A DNA stretch of 32,000 nucleotides from Synechococcus elongatus PCC 6301 (GTDB taxonomy: Bacteria > Cyanobacteriota > Cyanobacteriia > Synechococcales > Synechococcaceae): positions 1,290,001-1,322,000 of the forward strand of contig NC_006576.1 in NCBI RefSeq assembly GCF_000010065.1, in the 5' to 3' direction. The notes under the pieces were generated by a model. It was not told the origin of the DNA. It made no database searches and worked only from the letters and a program-made list of their open reading frames with translations. Made by a program: the position numbers and the translations under genes. How positions within the stretch are numbered: position 1 is the stretch's first letter; every line of letters starts with the position of its first letter. This document shows, one piece after another, positions 29,435 to 32,000 of this stretch.

Positions 29435-30874
29435 ATGAAGTCTGGAGTACTCGCCCTTTTGCTGGGGCTACTGACTGCCTGCCAAGCTCCACTGGCACAA
29501 ATTCAGTCTTCGGGGCAGGGCGCAGCCGATCGCTGGGATGCCAACGCTCCCGTGCAAGTCGCGTTCAATCACAACCCAGATCAGCGATTTACCGATAGCT
29601 TGGGCCGCGATCGCGAAGGTGATGATTTGGAAGGACAACTCCTCGCCAGCCTAGAGCAGGCTCAAACATCGATCGATGTCGCGGTTCAGGAAATTCAGGT
29701 GCCCCGCTTAGCGACTGCTTTGATCCAAAAACACCAAGCGGGCATTCCCGTTCGCGTCATTGTGGAAAACCAGTATCGCCAACCTTGGAGTCAACGACTG
29801 TCAGGCAACCTGAGTGATCGCGAGCGGCAGCGACTAGAGAACTACCGACAGATAGCCGATCGCAATGGTGATGGCCAACTCAGTCCCGCCGAAATTGCTG
29901 GCGGGGATGCTGTGTTAATGCTGGAGCGCGCTGGTGTACCGATTCTGGACGACACCGACGACGGCAGCCAAGGCAGCGGGTTGATGCACCATAAGTTCGC
30001 GATCATCGATCGCCGCTGGGTTGTCACCGGCTCTGCCAACTGGACAGCCAGCGATTTCTTTGGCGATCCGGGCCGACCTGCCAGTCGTGGCAATGCCAAT
30101 CATCTGCTCTGGTTCCGCAGCCCAGCGCTCGCAGCGATTTTCCAAGAAGAATTCAACCTGATGTGGGGCGATGGCCCCAGTAAATTGCCGGATAGCCGCT
30201 TTGGCCTTGGTAAGCCCTTGCGATCGCCTAAATCGGTCCGTATTGGCAACACGCGCCTGCTGGTTCAGTTTTCGCCCACTAGTCCCCGGCTACCGTGGCA
30301 GGAAAGCACCAACGGCACAATCGCCCGTTACCTCACCCAAGCCCAGAAGCAGATCGATCTAGCACTGTTTGTCTTTTCGGAACAAGCGATCGCCGATGTT
30401 TTAGAAGCGCGATCGCAGCAAGGTACTCAAGTGCGACTGTTAATTGACCCTGGCTTTGCCTATCGTCCCTACAGCGAACTGCTAGATATGGTCGGCCTAG
30501 CGCTTCCCGATCGCGACTGCCGGGTTGAGTCAAACAATCGCCCTTGGAGTAGTCCCCTCACAACAGCAGGAGCGCCACGACTGACGCCCGGCGACACGCT
30601 CCACCACAAATTTGCCGTGATTGATCGCCAGCGCGTCCTGACCGGATCTCACAACTGGAGTGCCGCAGCCAACCTCAGAAATGACGAAACATTTTTAGTG
30701 ATCGAGGACTCTAGTTTGGCCGATCGCTTTCGGGCAGAATTTGAGCGACTCTACGCTGATGCCTTCTTAGGTATTCCGCCAGCCCTGCAGCGCCGCGTCA
30801 ATGAGGCGAAGCGACGCTGCGGTAGCCGAATCACTCCGAACAGCAATCAGGACTTAACCGAAACTGAGGATTGA
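29435..30874 (+). CDS. Phospholipase D-like lipoprotein with two HKD motifs
   Basis: MKSGVLALLLGLLTAC lipobox; HHKFAIIDRRWVVTGSANWT and HHKFAVIDRQRVLTGSHNWS; EF-hand-like DRNGDGQLSPAE. ORF track start at 29258 is upstream of the signal peptide. Confidence 0.9.
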   Translation: MKSGVLALLLGLLTACQAPLAQIQSSGQGAADRWDANAPVQVAFNHNPDQRFTDSLGRDREGDDLEGQLLASLEQAQTSIDVAVQEIQVPRLATALIQKHQAGIPVRVIVENQYRQPWSQRLSGNLSDRERQRLENYRQIADRNGDGQLSPAEIAGGDAVLMLERAGVPILDDTDDGSQGSGLMHHKFAIIDRRWVVTGSANWTASDFFGDPGRPASRGNANHLLWFRSPALAAIFQEEFNLMWGDGPSKLPDSRFGLGKPLRSPKSVRIGNTRLLVQFSPTSPRLPWQESTNGTIARYLTQAQKQIDLALFVFSEQAIADVLEARSQQGTQVRLLIDPGFAYRPYSELLDMVGLALPDRDCRVESNNRPWSSPLTTAGAPRLTPGDTLHHKFAVIDRQRVLTGSHNWSAAANLRNDETFLVIEDSSLADRFRAEFERLYADAFLGIPPALQRRVNEAKRRCGSRITPNSNQDLTETED

Positions 30875-30891
30875 GCCTTGGAGTCGAGGGA

Positions 30892-31254
30892 TTAGAACAG
30901 ATCGCTGTCTGGATCGCGGGGAGCCATGCCGCCCTCTTGATCTCGGCGCGAGCCCAGCAGCTCAAGACGATTGGCCCGGACGACGGGTGTGGTGCGCTGA
31001 TTGTTGTTGCGATCAGTCCAGCTCTCAATCTTGAGAGCACCACTGATGCCGATCAGACTGCCTTTCTTGACATAGTCGATCGCAACCTGGGCTTCGCGGC
31101 CCCACATCTCAACGTTGAACCAATCAGGCTCATCATTGCGGCTGCGGCGATTGACCGCCAGGGAAAACTTACAAACGACCGAACCCGACTCAAAGTAACG
31201 AGCTTCGGGGTCACGACCGACGCGCCCCACCAAGTTGACAACATTTAAGCTCAT
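30892..31254 (-). CDS. ssb: Single-stranded DNA-binding protein (short cyanobacterial form)
   Basis: MSLNVVNLVGRVGRDPEARYFESGSVVCKFSLAVNRRSRNDEPDWFNVEMWGREAQVAIDYVKKGSLIGISGALKIESW; start at 31254 rather than 31290. Confidence 0.95.
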   Translation of the reverse strand: MSLNVVNLVGRVGRDPEARYFESGSVVCKFSLAVNRRSRNDEPDWFNVEMWGREAQVAIDYVKKGSLIGISGALKIESWTDRNNNQRTTPVVRANRLELLGSRRDQEGGMAPRDPDSDLF

Positions 31255-31356
31255 CGTGCAGTCAAACCCCTGCGCATTGCTCAGTCCCATTTTGGCAGTT
31301 GTCGGCCAACCCGCCGAGCGAATCGCTGCCTAGACTGAGTTAGCAGGAGGCGCTAG

Positions 31357-32000
<644 letters not shown>

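Overview
The window reads as cyanobacterial core genome, with gene content and order resembling Synechococcus elongatus (PCC 7942/6301 type); this is inferred from protein sequence and gene order, no search was run. Left to right: ATP synthase F0/delta genes (- strand: atpI-atpB-atpE-atpG-atpF-atpH) below a SAM methyltransferase gene; allophycocyanin core genes apcE, apcA-apcB-apcC; ftsW; cytochrome c maturation genes ccdA-ccs1; glnB (PII) with a TTG start and an NtcA-like box; galE; tlyA-like methyltransferase; a tandem pair of secreted hypothetical paralogs; a small ORF plus purB; an orphan SdhC/b558-like membrane protein; a pentapeptide-repeat protein; yraN-like, rsmA, ispE; ndhF4-cupB/chpX-type CO2-uptake genes followed by a cation/H+ antiporter; a RelE/ParE-type toxin-antitoxin module; a Coq4-like protein; a TrkA-N K+ channel; a PLD-like lipoprotein with an EF-hand-like motif; ssb; and mreB (truncated at the window end). 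Most of this is conventional. The most interesting non-obvious signals are: (i) a 43-bp, 40/43-identical direct repeat of the antiporter 3' end that flanks an ~1.16-kb ORF-poor segment carrying the toxin-antitoxin module; (ii) the tandem secreted paralogs; (iii) intercistronic hairpins at stoichiometry boundaries (apcB/apcC and atpE/atpG); (iv) the orphan SdhC-like gene; (v) a start-less, protein-like 60-codon frame between ispE and ndhF4. No CRISPR array, rRNA, tRNA or transposase was recognised. I see no clear evidence of a wholly new multi-gene system.
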